From contig JBFWNU010000001.1 in the NCBI GenBank assembly GCA_050250895.1, positions 256,001 to 320,000 of the forward strand: 64,000 nucleotides of DNA, written 5' to 3'. The position numbers were made by a program, and so were the translations under genes. The notes below the pieces were generated by a model. It worked only from the letters and a program-made list of their open reading frames with translations, ran no database searches and had not been told where the DNA came from. Below, in pieces: positions 9,619 to 19,439 of this stretch; the first letter of the stretch is position 1, and each line of letters starts with the position of its first letter. Origin of the DNA: Vulcanimicrobiota bacterium (GTDB taxonomy: Bacteria; Vulcanimicrobiota; Xenobia; Xenobiales; JADMJV01).

Positions 9619-10338
9619 GTGCATCTCAAAATGAAGCTGAGCCTAGCTTTGCTCTTCCTACTTACTCTTTGCAAACCTTCTGTCGCAAAAGACAAAGACT
9701 ATCTAGAGCTACGAGTTAACGAGCAAGACTCTCATCGCTATATTCGCATCGAGAGCAGCGGGGCGGTGGAATTCACTCGTAGCAACTGGTACGAAGTTCT
9801 GGAATTTCGCAAGGGTCGCATCGATCCTGACCGAGTGGCCAGCTTTCTGTCCACCTTGAGGAAGGCCGGCCTGGAGGGACTGGCCGCCACTTACGCCCCT
9901 CCCAGAGGGGGCCTTCCCAGCGTAGATCCCTCCCAGGCCCGGCTCGAATGGTCACGGGCCGGCCAGAAGAAGGTCATCGTCTACAGCCTGCGCGACTCAC
10001 CTCAGAAGCTTCAAGAGATTCACCAGAAAATTCTCAACTACGTCTACGAGTTTCCTGACGGGGCCCCGCCCGGGGACTATCTCAGAACCTATGAATTGAC
10101 CGACCATTCTTTGCTTGGCGAGAACAAGCCGGTGCACGCAACCGTGGCCCAACTGGCCAAGCACCCAGCCCTGAGAATGTCGATCGAGCAGCCGGGTCGA
10201 CTGGTCAGAGCCGGGCCTCCGGGCCAAACCTGGGAACGCAAGAAGTCGACCATCGAACCAACCGGATTCTTTCTCGAGCTGCAGGATCGAATCCACCGAG
10301 TGCTGGTCCTCGAGTATCGACCAAACAAACCGAAATAG
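9619..10338 (+). CDS. Secreted protein, DUF6438/emfourin-like N-terminal region
   Basis: Signal peptide [19 protein letters not shown] (start GTG 9619 or ATG 9631); pattern YIRI..SG.V.F...G.I.......L...L..L...Y......D....L.....G..K.I.Y....P..L.EI; ends 8 bp before the CLCA-like gene. Confidence 0.55.
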   Translation: MHLKMKLSLALLFLLTLCKPSVAKDKDYLELRVNEQDSHRYIRIESSGAVEFTRSNWYEVLEFRKGRIDPDRVASFLSTLRKAGLEGLAATYAPPRGGLPSVDPSQARLEWSRAGQKKVIVYSLRDSPQKLQEIHQKILNYVYEFPDGAPPGDYLRTYELTDHSLLGENKPVHATVAQLAKHPALRMSIEQPGRLVRAGPPGQTWERKKSTIEPTGFFLELQDRIHRVLVLEYRPNKPK

Positions 10339-10346
10339 GGGGAAAC

Positions 10347-13193
10347 GTGAAACAAAACATATGGATTTTGCCAATCCTGCTTGGGTTGCTGGCGCTGCCA
10401 GGCTGGGCGGGAGACGGCAACATCGACAACGGAAAACTCAACCTGACCGTCTTCTTCAACTACGACGAGCAGGACAAAGCCTCTTGGGAACAGCTCTTCA
10501 AAGATGCCAACCCGGTGATGTTCAAGGCCACCGACGGGCGCCTGACCTTCGGTGAGATACGCTTCACCGACTGCCCTGGCGCTCGCGCCAAGGCCGACAT
10601 CATCATCAACGATGGCGCCGGACGCGCCTTCGCCGACGGGGGAATCCCCGGCCTGGGAACCAACGGGCGCTTCATTCAGCTCTACAAGAACTCGAACAAG
10701 AACGAGCCGAAGACTCTGGTCCACGAACTTGGCCACTACGCCTTCGGCTGCTACGACGAATACAAAGGCCGTCGCTGGGCCTGGGCCGGAATGCCGCCCG
10801 CCTGGCAAACCGAGACCACCGGAGGTTCGGTGTGGTTCGACGGCACCGGCGACCCTGCCACCAACCCCTGGTTTTGCGCCACTCAGGCCGAAGCCAACGG
10901 CACGACCTCGTGCATCATGGACTTCGCCAACGGTTGGAAGCCGGGTCGCATGAACTTCTGTCTCGACGGCGCTCACGCCGATCACCATGTGACCAGCCGC
11001 GTGTCGGGCTCCAAGCGCTATATCACCGACCAGCAACAGGTCAACGGCCATGCCTGCTGGAACGAGGTGGCCGCGGCCGTGGGCGGAAACGTTCCCGCCT
11101 CACCTCCTAACAACACCAGCGCGGTCAACGCCAACCCGACCTTCAAGACGGTGGACGGCGACGCCTACAACATCTGTATCGACCGCTCCGGCAGTATGTC
11201 CGGCGACCGCATCGTCAAAGCCCGTCTGGGCGGCACCACCGTGGTCGACCTGGCTCGCACCATGATGGGCATGATGCCTGGCGACAACCTGGGCGTCACT
11301 TCCTTTAGCTCAGGCGCCTCGACCAACTTTGCGGTGACCGAGATGACGGCCGCCACCCAGGCCGCTGCCAAAGCCGCCATCGGAACGATCAATGCTAGTG
11401 GCGGAACCGACATCGGAGCCGGTGTGCGCCAGGCCCTGGCCGACTTGATGACGGCCCAGACCAACAACGGCGAAGAGTTCTGCTCTCGCACCGTCTTTCT
11501 GCTCTCGGACGGTCAGGATAGCACCAACGTGGCCGCGCTGGTGGCCGACATCCAGGCGGCCAAGGCCACCGTCCACGCCATTGCTATCGGCTCGGGCGCC
11601 GACTCGGCCAAACTCTCGGCCATCGCCACCGGTTCCGGCGGCAACTTCTTCTTTCTGCCCCGCCAGCAAGAAGAGGTCTCGGCCCGCGGCGTGTTCTTTC
11701 GCGTAGGCGAAGAAGCTCTGCCGGGCATCATGGCCACCCTCTTCAACGAGGCGCGGGGTGGCAGCCAGGTGGCCGGTATCGACGGCCAGGCTATCGCCGG
11801 TCAATCGACCCAACACACCTTGACCGTCGACGGCTTCGTCGAGCGGGCTACCTTCTTGCTGGTGTCGGCTAACGAAGCCGATCCGCTGAGCCTGGCCCTG
11901 ACCGACCCCAACGGCAATAACATCGACCTCAACGCACCCCCAGCGGGCGTCACCGTCTCGATCCAACAGGGCGCCGTGATTGTCGACGTCGTCAATCCCG
12001 CCGGTGGCGACTGGATCGCCACCGTCGATGCCACGGCCACGGCCGCCGACCAAAACTATGACCTGCGCTTGCTGGCGATTTCGCCCGGTCTCATCGTGAC
12101 CGCCCAGGTCGACAGCGCCGCCGTCACCTTCCCGGCACCCATTCTGGTTACCGCCCGGGTTTCGGCCGGCCAGGCCCTGACCAACATCACCCATACCGTC
12201 GAGGTCTCTGACCCGTCCGGCAATATCACCAATATCACCCTGAGTGACGACGGCGACCTGTCCAATGGTGACCTGGTAGCCAACGACGGTATCTACTCAG
12301 GCTATTTCAAAGACTACACCGACAACGGAACCTATACATTCACCATCACCTACGACGGCTCGAACGCCCAGTATGCCACCGGCATCCTGCCCGCCGAGCC
12401 GGGTGGAGACCCATTCAACACCGGCAGCGTGCCCAGTTTCACCCGAGTAGCCTCGGTGGCCACCCTGGTCGACCTGGTCCCCGGCGGAGGCGGCACGGCT
12501 CTGCTGCCTCCCGCCAACGTCCGCCAAACGACCGACGACTCCGACTCGATCACCATTACCTGGGATGACACCAGCGGCGGGACGGCCTCCTTCAAGATCC
12601 AGCGCAGCTCGGACGGAGTGAACTTCCAGACCATCGACACCGTGGGTCCGGGCACGACCACCTACACCGACAACAGCCCCGGCGCAGGCAACTTCTTCTA
12701 CCAGGTCGTGGCTAACGTCACCGGCGTGGGCGACTCGCCGCCGTCCGAAGTGACCCAGGTCAACTTTGAAGACCTGGAGATGGCTCTGCAAGCCTTCCTC
12801 ACCGGGGGCGGCCAGACCGGCGGTGGAGTGAGCGGTTCGAGCGGTGGCACCAACCTCGACGACTTCTCTGGTTCGTCGTTCGGTTGCTTCATCGCCACCG
12901 CTGCTTACGGCTCGTACCTCAATCCCCATGTGGCCGCCCTGCGGGACTTCCGCGACGACTATCTCTTGACCAACCGCCCCGGCCGGGCCGTGGTCGACTT
13001 CTACTATCGCAACTCGCCGCCCATCGCCGAGAGGATCAGCCAATCGCCGATGCTGATGGGCCTGACCCGATTGGCACTCACCCCCATCGTCTACTCGGTG
13101 GAATACCCGCTGTTGCTCGTGTTGGCCCTCGGCTTCGTGCCCGCCTGCTGGCTATATCGACGCCGCCGACGCCTGGCACTTGCCAGACAGTAG
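10347..13193 (+). CDS. CLCA-like secreted zinc metalloprotease with VWA, beta-rich and FN3 domains and a CFI-box C-terminal domain
   Basis: Signal peptide; [14 protein letters not shown]; MIDAS DRSGSM...GGT...LSDG; NDGIYSGYF; FN3 (ITWDD...FKIQRS...YTD...YQV); [11 protein letters not shown]...LRDFRD...YY..SPPIA, TM helix and RRRRR. Confidence 0.88.
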   Translation: MKQNIWILPILLGLLALPGWAGDGNIDNGKLNLTVFFNYDEQDKASWEQLFKDANPVMFKATDGRLTFGEIRFTDCPGARAKADIIINDGAGRAFADGGIPGLGTNGRFIQLYKNSNKNEPKTLVHELGHYAFGCYDEYKGRRWAWAGMPPAWQTETTGGSVWFDGTGDPATNPWFCATQAEANGTTSCIMDFANGWKPGRMNFCLDGAHADHHVTSRVSGSKRYITDQQQVNGHACWNEVAAAVGGNVPASPPNNTSAVNANPTFKTVDGDAYNICIDRSGSMSGDRIVKARLGGTTVVDLARTMMGMMPGDNLGVTSFSSGASTNFAVTEMTAATQAAAKAAIGTINASGGTDIGAGVRQALADLMTAQTNNGEEFCSRTVFLLSDGQDSTNVAALVADIQAAKATVHAIAIGSGADSAKLSAIATGSGGNFFFLPRQQEEVSARGVFFRVGEEALPGIMATLFNEARGGSQVAGIDGQAIAGQSTQHTLTVDGFVERATFLLVSANEADPLSLALTDPNGNNIDLNAPPAGVTVSIQQGAVIVDVVNPAGGDWIATVDATATAADQNYDLRLLAISPGLIVTAQVDSAAVTFPAPILVTARVSAGQALTNITHTVEVSDPSGNITNITLSDDGDLSNGDLVANDGIYSGYFKDYTDNGTYTFTITYDGSNAQYATGILPAEPGGDPFNTGSVPSFTRVASVATLVDLVPGGGGTALLPPANVRQTTDDSDSITITWDDTSGGTASFKIQRSSDGVNFQTIDTVGPGTTTYTDNSPGAGNFFYQVVANVTGVGDSPPSEVTQVNFEDLEMALQAFLTGGGQTGGGVSGSSGGTNLDDFSGSSFGCFIATAAYGSYLNPHVAALRDFRDDYLLTNRPGRAVVDFYYRNSPPIAERISQSPMLMGLTRLALTPIVYSVEYPLLLVLALGFVPACWLYRRRRRLALARQ

Positions 13194-13229
13194 TCGTCAG
13201 ACGGTAGTCGTCAGACGGTAGTCGTCAGA
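13184..13229 (+). repeat. Tandem 14-bp repeat (CAGACGGTAGTCGT x3.3)
   Basis: Copies at 13184 (one mismatch), 13198 and 13212, plus a partial copy at 13226; includes the stop codon of the CLCA-like gene. Confidence 0.9.
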
Positions 13230-13260
13230 GCCGCCCGCGAACGCGGGCGGCTCTTTCCTT
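13227..13260 (+). terminator. Intrinsic terminator
   Basis: AGAGCCGCCCGC-GAAC-GCGGGCGGCTCT hairpin followed by TTCCTT. Confidence 0.8.
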
Positions 13261-13486
13261 CTGGGCCCCGGAGGGCGGGCTGGGTGGGCCCGCTGGCAAC
13301 GGGGTGTGCCGAGTGGCCGGGCTAGGCCCGGCCGCCGCGGGTCGGCGCGATTCGGCTCAAGACGCCGCCGGCCAGGTGGTGCCGGATTCGGCACGTGGTA
13401 GCGCCGTCCTCGGGCGAGGTTGCTCTTCCGTGCGGAAGTGGCCCGGGCGGCGCCGGCCGCCGCGGGTTAGCCCGGCTGCGGGCCGG

Positions 13487-15685
13487 CTAGCGGGTGAGGA
13501 TACCGAGCAGGCCTACCGGCTTGCCCGCGTAGATGTGCTCGAGAAACTCGGTGGGAAGGCCTTTGGTGAAGTGGGCGCCCTGGCTGCCGAAGCCGCCGGC
13601 GTCGAGCCTGGTTCCTAGCATCGTCAAAGTCCGGCGCAGCTGGGCCAGTTCGGCTTGAGTGACGGGAGTGAGGTTGTCGTCCCAGGCCTGAGGAGCGGCA
13701 CTGCCGTCAACGCCCAGCCGATCGAGCCCCGAGCCGAACTCTCTACCCGCGATGGCGCGGGCTTGTTCGAGGCCTGAGGCAGTATAATCGCGGTGGGCTT
13801 TCTCTTTCTCGATGGGATAGTATTTCTCGCGGGCGGCCTGGCGCTCTTTGGCATAGATGCCAGGGCGCTGCTTCTCGGCCTCGGCCCAGCCCTGCGATTC
13901 CATCAGGCCGCGCCCGCCCGGGAAGGCAGCCAGCAGACCCAACAGGGGACTATTCTCGATACGTCGATCGATCTCGCTGCGGATGCGCTTGGAGGCCTCG
14001 GCCCGAAAACGCTTGTCGAACTCCTTGCCGAAGCGCTTGTCGAACTCGCCATCGAAGCGTTGGTCAAACTCCTGATCGATGCGCTTGCTGACTTCCTGGC
14101 GCAACTCGCCGTCGAGCTGACGCACGTTGTTCCCGACATCGCCGCGGTCCCAAACACCGTCTTTGCCCGCTAGCTTGCGCAGGGTGCCAAGAGCGGTCTT
14201 GACTTCTTGCCTCTCGCCAGAGTTGAGTGGTAGCGCCTTAGAGGCGGCCTGATAGAGGCCGGGCTCCTGGCCGGCGACACCGACCAGACCCAGTGGCTTT
14301 TCTTGTTGGATAGCCTTGAGGAAATCGACCGACAGCCCTTTGGCGAAGGTGCCTTTGGGCAGCCCCAGCTGGCCGCTTTGCTTCTGCAGACCGGTGAGCA
14401 CATCTTTGAGTTCGGTCATCTCCTTCTCGCTCACCTGGGGCAAGCGCTGGCCCAGGGCGCGTCGGCGCGAGGCGGGGTCGAGGGTCTGGCTGGGCTGCAT
14501 GCCCATCTGGCGAAAGCCGTCGTTGAGGTCGAACAGTGCTCGTTGCTGACCCGTGCGCACGGCCTCGTCGCCATACTGCTTGTGCGCTCCCTCGCGCTGG
14601 GACTCAGCCCCCAGACCGTAGAGGCCGCGGACCACCGGTTTGAGCAGGGGCAGGTTCCTCGACACCCAGCTCTGGTCGGCCTGGCGGCCCACTTCCTGGT
14701 CGAAGCGGCGGTCGATCTCACGATGAGCCCCCTTCTCGATGGCCCCTCGCAGTTGGACCAGGTTGTTGGCCCGGTCGCGGGTATCCCAGACACGGTCTTC
14801 CCCAGCCAACTTTTCGAGGGTCTTGATGGCCCCCGGTAGTCGCTTCTTGAGGTCGCGGGTGAGGGGCAGCGCCTGCTCGCCCTGCTTGAGAATGCGCAGG
14901 CGGTCCGCCATGGGCAACCGGGAGAGGTCCTGGGGTTGGGCGATGGGTGCGGGCTTTTGTCCGTCGGGGCCCTGGGCTTTGACGGCGGAACCCCAGCCCT
15001 GTTTGTCGCCGGGTAACGGATTGGCCAGACCGTTGAGGGCATCTCGGGTGGCCCCCTCCACCCGGCCGTTGGGCTCGAGGCCCTGTTTGGTTTGGAAGGC
15101 CTTGACGGCGGCCTCGGTGTTGCGTCCGAAGGCGCCGTCGACCTTGAGCTTCGAGCCCCCAAAGTCGTTGAGCATCTGCTGCAGATTGGCGACGTGCTCA
15201 CCCAGCCCCGGCTTGTCTTTCATGCCCGTGCGCAAGGCGGCCTCAGGCAGGTCTAGTCGGTGTTCGGGGGAAAGGCCCCGATTGAGCCGGTCGAGGGTGC
15301 GAGAACCTACCTGGCCGTTAGGCCGAATCCCGTTTTCGTGCTGAAACTCGGCCACCGCCCTCTCGGTGCGCGGGCCGAACTTGCCATCCACCTCGAGCCC
15401 GGCCTCGGCGCGTTGGTTGAGCAATTGCTGCAGACGACGAACCCTGGTTTCGTCCTGATCGCCCTGCTTGAGGTTGCGATGCGGAAGGTCTAGTTGCCGC
15501 TTCTTGTTTTCGGCCGGCTGGTTGGCCCAGGACAGGTCCAGGCCGCTGGTCGATTTTTCGCGGCTGCGGCTCTCGTCTGAAAAGGCCACCCGATCGCTCT
15601 TGGCGCTCGGCTTTTTCTTGGGCCGAGGAGCCAGCGTGGCTGGGGTATGATTGACAGCGGCGGCGGCCTGACTGGTGACCTGCAT
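13487..15685 (-). CDS. Peptidoglycan-binding domain protein (2x PG_binding_1) with a duplicated unknown C-terminal domain
   Basis: VRRLQQLLN...VDGKFGPRTERAVAEFQ...G.VG..T and a second copy VDGAFGRNTEAAVKAFQ; two copies of TL.KLAG.D.VWD..D..NN..QL and F.KGL...FL..I...KP.GL.G. Confidence 0.85.
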   Translation of the reverse strand: MQVTSQAAAAVNHTPATLAPRPKKKPSAKSDRVAFSDESRSREKSTSGLDLSWANQPAENKKRQLDLPHRNLKQGDQDETRVRRLQQLLNQRAEAGLEVDGKFGPRTERAVAEFQHENGIRPNGQVGSRTLDRLNRGLSPEHRLDLPEAALRTGMKDKPGLGEHVANLQQMLNDFGGSKLKVDGAFGRNTEAAVKAFQTKQGLEPNGRVEGATRDALNGLANPLPGDKQGWGSAVKAQGPDGQKPAPIAQPQDLSRLPMADRLRILKQGEQALPLTRDLKKRLPGAIKTLEKLAGEDRVWDTRDRANNLVQLRGAIEKGAHREIDRRFDQEVGRQADQSWVSRNLPLLKPVVRGLYGLGAESQREGAHKQYGDEAVRTGQQRALFDLNDGFRQMGMQPSQTLDPASRRRALGQRLPQVSEKEMTELKDVLTGLQKQSGQLGLPKGTFAKGLSVDFLKAIQQEKPLGLVGVAGQEPGLYQAASKALPLNSGERQEVKTALGTLRKLAGKDGVWDRGDVGNNVRQLDGELRQEVSKRIDQEFDQRFDGEFDKRFGKEFDKRFRAEASKRIRSEIDRRIENSPLLGLLAAFPGGRGLMESQGWAEAEKQRPGIYAKERQAAREKYYPIEKEKAHRDYTASGLEQARAIAGREFGSGLDRLGVDGSAAPQAWDDNLTPVTQAELAQLRRTLTMLGTRLDAGGFGSQGAHFTKGLPTEFLEHIYAGKPVGLLGILTR

Positions 15686-15741
15686 GCTCTCAGAATAGCA
15701 CCCGCTTCTTGAACGGACTTTGTAATGGCCGGTCGGGTTTG

Positions 15742-17904
15742 TTACGAATCGTGTCCAGCCTGATCAATGCGACTCAGCAGATGAAAGGCCTGACCGAGCA
15801 AGTGTCCGCGCACCACCAGAGTGCTGGCCAGGTGACGGTCCTCGAGCCGGTAAAGCTGATAGACGGCCCGGCGCCGCACGAACTGAGTGTAGACCGAGAC
15901 AGGGCCGAATTGCCGCTCGCTGACCATGGCCGCTTCGACTTTATTCAGCTGAGCCTGGACTAACGATTCATAGCCCATCAAGTCCAGGTTCGGCTCGAGT
16001 AGCTCCTCGATGGCGTCCCGCGAGGTGTCGAGCAAAGCCTTCAACTGTGCGAAGCTGGCTCGAGCCCGATACCTGGCCCACTCGTCGAGAGGCAGTCCAC
16101 CCTTCCCCTCTTGCAACAGCCATTCTAGAAAACGCCAATGAACGAACTCGTCGCGCTCAGGCAGCGGGATGGCCTGCAAAAGATAGCCCAAAGCTCGTTC
16201 TCGGGCTTGACCGGCCGGCCCTGAAAAGCGGGCGGCAAAGGCGAGCTCTTCGAGCAAGTCGCGATCGTCAGGCTGAGCCTCGAGGGCCGAGCAGAGTTGC
16301 TCGTACGCCCTCGCATCGTCGCCCTCGACCCTCAGCATCTCGGCCTCGAAGCGATGGCCCCAGGCTTTGAGGCGGTTCTCCTGCAAGCTGGCGCTCAGAG
16401 CGCTACCATGGCGTTGGCGGGCCGAAGCCAGGTCTCCTCGAGCCCGGTCGACCAGGGCCGCACGGTGCAAGACCCAGAGTCGGGCCCGAGGCTGCATAGG
16501 TCGGCCCAACAACTCTTCGAACCCGGGTCGGGCGAGCTTGTGAGGCGCTTCCAGGCTCGCTAGAATCAGCTCGAGTTCGTTGAGTTCGAGTTCAGCTTCG
16601 GGCAGTTCCAGTTTGTCCAGTAGCCCGTGAAGGGGTTGGCAAGCGCCCCGGGCCCTTTCGAACTCGAGCTTCTCCAGGTGGGTCTTGATGCCGGTTACCA
16701 TGCTCGAGCGGATGGTTAGTCGCAGATGGCGGGCCCGCCCGCTGAGTCCCATACTATCGAGGTGGTCGGCCAGGGCCAGGTTGCTGTCGAGATCTTTCTG
16801 CCTGCCGGTGGCCAACCCGTGATGAGCCAACCAGTGCTCGAGCACTCCCAGGTTCTCGGCCGCGAGTTGCTCGGGCGGCTGGGCCAGCACCGCCTGCACG
16901 TCGGCCACCAGATACTCGCGATCGCTGCCAGCGAGTGCGTCGGGATTGCGACACACCTCGACCAGCAGGTCGACGGCCCAGGCTTTCAGCTGGTCGACGA
17001 CGGCCGTATAGGTATCGTTCTCGACCAGGTCAGAATGAGACAGGTTCTTCTTCAGCTCGGGAGCTACCACCAGACCGGTCAGACAGTTGAGGCCGAGCAA
17101 CTTGTGAGGGCGACGAAACAGGATGCCCTGATGGATGAAGGCCAGGCCTCGACTGGTTCCACCCAGGGCCAGCACGGCAGCCACCGGGGCTGGCCCGGCG
17201 GGCGCCGAGGGGAAGCGACCATCGGGTAGCGCCGAAACCTTGGCCCGGGGGTCGAGGGATGGATAAATCTTGACCCCCATGCACGGAGAGGGCAACTGGA
17301 TAGGCTCGTTGAGAAGGTCACCGTCGACTTTGAGCTGCAAAGGGGCATGGCGACACACCCTCATAAGGTTGGCCAATTCGGGATGAACCTTGATCACCCG
17401 GCTGGTCAGACCAAACCCTTTGTCCACCACCACCCGATTGAGGGACAGGCCGGTGCGCGGCTCGAGGCTCTCGATTTTCTGCTGACTGCCTCGCCAGGTC
17501 AGCCGATTGGCCTGGTCGAGGCGGTAAGATTCGACGATGATCTGCTTTGGCTCGATGGCCTGAGCAGCGTGCAGCCCTACAGCCAGTTCGGTGAGGTGGC
17601 GCGGCATGCCGGTGGTGTCATAGAGAAACCCCGACAAGTGCTCGAGCTGCTCGGCGGTGGCCGCCTCGCCGTCATAGAGAAACTCGCAACGGGTGAGACT
17701 GCTTTTCACCTCGAGAAAAGTCGCCTGTCCGGCTACGGCCGCGGCCACCATCTGCACCACGTAAAGCCCTGGGTCGAGCAGCTGAAATTTGCGCAGCTTC
17801 TCGTCAGCCGCCTCGGAGCTGATGGTAAAGCGCCCCACCGATTCGAACTCGCCCCCCTGCGCAAACTCTTGTAGATACGTGTTCAGGGCATCGATCTCGG
17901 GCAT
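15742..17904 (-). CDS. GHKL/HSP90-like N-terminal domain protein with C-terminal TPR-like helices
   Basis: ATG 17904 (MPEID...). S.G.FTI..E.A.EKL.KFQL.DP..YV.Q.V.AAV...A...YDG...LAVGL.AA is a GHKL-like pattern; helical repeats C-terminally. Confidence 0.55.
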   Translation of the reverse strand: MPEIDALNTYLQEFAQGGEFESVGRFTISSEAADEKLRKFQLLDPGLYVVQMVAAAVAGQATFLEVKSSLTRCEFLYDGEAATAEQLEHLSGFLYDTTGMPRHLTELAVGLHAAQAIEPKQIIVESYRLDQANRLTWRGSQQKIESLEPRTGLSLNRVVVDKGFGLTSRVIKVHPELANLMRVCRHAPLQLKVDGDLLNEPIQLPSPCMGVKIYPSLDPRAKVSALPDGRFPSAPAGPAPVAAVLALGGTSRGLAFIHQGILFRRPHKLLGLNCLTGLVVAPELKKNLSHSDLVENDTYTAVVDQLKAWAVDLLVEVCRNPDALAGSDREYLVADVQAVLAQPPEQLAAENLGVLEHWLAHHGLATGRQKDLDSNLALADHLDSMGLSGRARHLRLTIRSSMVTGIKTHLEKLEFERARGACQPLHGLLDKLELPEAELELNELELILASLEAPHKLARPGFEELLGRPMQPRARLWVLHRAALVDRARGDLASARQRHGSALSASLQENRLKAWGHRFEAEMLRVEGDDARAYEQLCSALEAQPDDRDLLEELAFAARFSGPAGQARERALGYLLQAIPLPERDEFVHWRFLEWLLQEGKGGLPLDEWARYRARASFAQLKALLDTSRDAIEELLEPNLDLMGYESLVQAQLNKVEAAMVSERQFGPVSVYTQFVRRRAVYQLYRLEDRHLASTLVVRGHLLGQAFHLLSRIDQAGHDS

Positions 17905-18015
17905 GGCCGATGGGTTCGGCCCCGCCCGGGTGCGTCCTCCGGATGGGGTCTGCCTATCCGCCCAGGTCTCGCCTGGCGCCTCGGCTCGGGTTAGGCTGAG
18001 AGGAAGGGAGGCCTT

Positions 18016-18174
18016 ATGAATTGGCTTGCTCAACTCGGAATCTTCATCCTCGTGCTGGCGGCGCTCAAGTATTTACTGGGCCTGCCCATTTCTATCGTGG
18101 GCAGCCTGGTCCTGACCGTGCTGCTGACGCTCGTTTTCGCAGGGATCAGCAGCTTCAGTCGACGCGACACTTAG
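18016..18174 (+). CDS. Small two-TM membrane protein (52 aa), not in the ORF track
   Basis: GGGAGG RBS 5 nt upstream of ATG 18016 and TAGGCT -10 at 17992; MNWLAQLGIFILVLAALKYLLGLPISIVGSLVLTVLLTLVFAGISSFSRRDT. Confidence 0.75.
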   Translation: MNWLAQLGIFILVLAALKYLLGLPISIVGSLVLTVLLTLVFAGISSFSRRDT

Positions 18175-18216
18175 CCGTTTAAGCTCTGATTCAGCCCCGA
18201 TTGGGATAGTCCAGGT

Positions 18217-18768
18217 GTGAGGATCCCATCGGTCAAAAAAGACCAGCTGGCCGGTTATCTCCAACGGCAGCGCCAAACGTTGCAAGAGAGCGACCTGCCG
18301 GAGCCCCGTCGAGGGCAGGCGATTCGACTGGTCGAGCGCGATCTAGCCCTGCTTCAGGGCGCCCGCGGCGAGACGGTCGAGCAAATGCGCGCGAACCTGG
18401 CTCTGGGACGCAGCCTGGTTCACGGAGCCGCACTCACCATCGGCGCCGGGGCCGTGGCGGGGGCCTGCCTGGCCCTGACCGGAGCTATCTCGGGTCGCGA
18501 TTTCTCTCTCGCCTTCGCAGGGCTGGGCGCCCTGGGTGTGGCCACCATGGCCGTGGCTACCTTTGGGGTGCAAAAGCCCGCCGTGGGGGAAGTACTCGAC
18601 AGCCTGGACTCGCGCATCCAGAGCTTGCAGGCCATCGCGGTGGACTCCCGCCACCAGGTCGAAGAGCTCCTCCAACCCGCGCCCGTCGCCGATATTCAGA
18701 TCGACGACGAAGGCGTGCAGCTGGGCGATGTCTTTCTGCCCATCGAGCGCGACAACAGCTATTTCTAA
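18217..18768 (+). CDS. Orphan protein with Gly/Ala-rich TM hairpin and the shared C-terminal motif
   Basis: MRIPS start, two hydrophobic segments, C-terminal ADIQIDDEGVQLGDVFLPIERD. Confidence 0.75.
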   Translation: MRIPSVKKDQLAGYLQRQRQTLQESDLPEPRRGQAIRLVERDLALLQGARGETVEQMRANLALGRSLVHGAALTIGAGAVAGACLALTGAISGRDFSLAFAGLGALGVATMAVATFGVQKPAVGEVLDSLDSRIQSLQAIAVDSRHQVEELLQPAPVADIQIDDEGVQLGDVFLPIERDNSYF

Positions 18769-19424
18769 CAGTCGTGGGTTATCGTGGTGGTAAAGGTGTC
18801 GGTGTCGGTTGGCCCACACGGTCCCTGCACCCGGAAAGTCACGTCAGTGCTACCCGCGCTTAAGAAGGTGAAGCTGAACATCGATTGGGTGGCGCTGGAG
18901 AATTCGAAAGTCCCGTCATCACCGATGTCGACGGCATACTCGCAAATCATGCAGGTGTGGGTCGAGCCGGAGAGGTCCCAGGTATGCGTCCTGGTGCCCG
19001 TGCAGGTATCCGTGAACCCAAGGGTGGGAGGGGCGGTGGGACAGGGGCAACTCGAGGCCGAAGCGGCCGCCGCCGGAGTGGTCACTGACGCCATCAGCGG
19101 CAGGACGGCCGCAGCCGCTCCCCAGCGCCGCAAGAAATCGCGCCGACTGACCTGACTGGGAAAGCAATCCGAGACCAGTCCTCGGCCGTGCAGTTCGGTT
19201 AAAGTCATGGCCACCAACTCATCAGCGGCTTCTGAGGGCAGCCCGAGGTGGTGGGCCAATTGCCGGGCCACCTCGGCCCGGCTGCGCCGACCGTCGCTGA
19301 ATCCCCACACCAGGGCGGCGGTGGGATTGAGGTTGTGGACCTTGCCCCCATCGGGCTCCATCAACAGCACTTCTTCACCGACCTGGGTGGCCAGCACCCG
19401 GGTATTCGCTTTCGGCATCTTCAT
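18765..19424 (-). CDS. PqqD/RRE domain + internal Tat-like leader + PKD-like Cys/Thr-rich cargo
   Basis: QVGEEVLLM....KVHNLNPTAALVWGFSDGRRS...LHGRGLV is canonical PqqD; then SRRDFL...ASA; DLSGS...EYAVDIGDDG...TF.SAG..DVTFRV....G.TDT is PKD-like. RBS GGAG. Confidence 0.85.
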   Translation of the reverse strand: MKMPKANTRVLATQVGEEVLLMEPDGGKVHNLNPTAALVWGFSDGRRSRAEVARQLAHHLGLPSEAADELVAMTLTELHGRGLVSDCFPSQVSRRDFLRRWGAAAAVLPLMASVTTPAAAASASSCPCPTAPPTLGFTDTCTGTRTHTWDLSGSTHTCMICEYAVDIGDDGTFEFSSATQSMFSFTFLSAGSTDVTFRVQGPCGPTDTDTFTTTITHDC

Positions 19425-19439
19425 TCTATTGTTCTCCTA

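Noticed and set aside
13184-13229. Short direct repeats as a possible CRISPR array
   Set aside because: The 14-bp units are contiguous with no spacers, and there are no cas genes.
13261-13486. Very GC-rich spacer with several small hairpins as an ncRNA
   Set aside because: No promoter, conserved motif or second copy was found; hairpins are expected by chance at this GC content.
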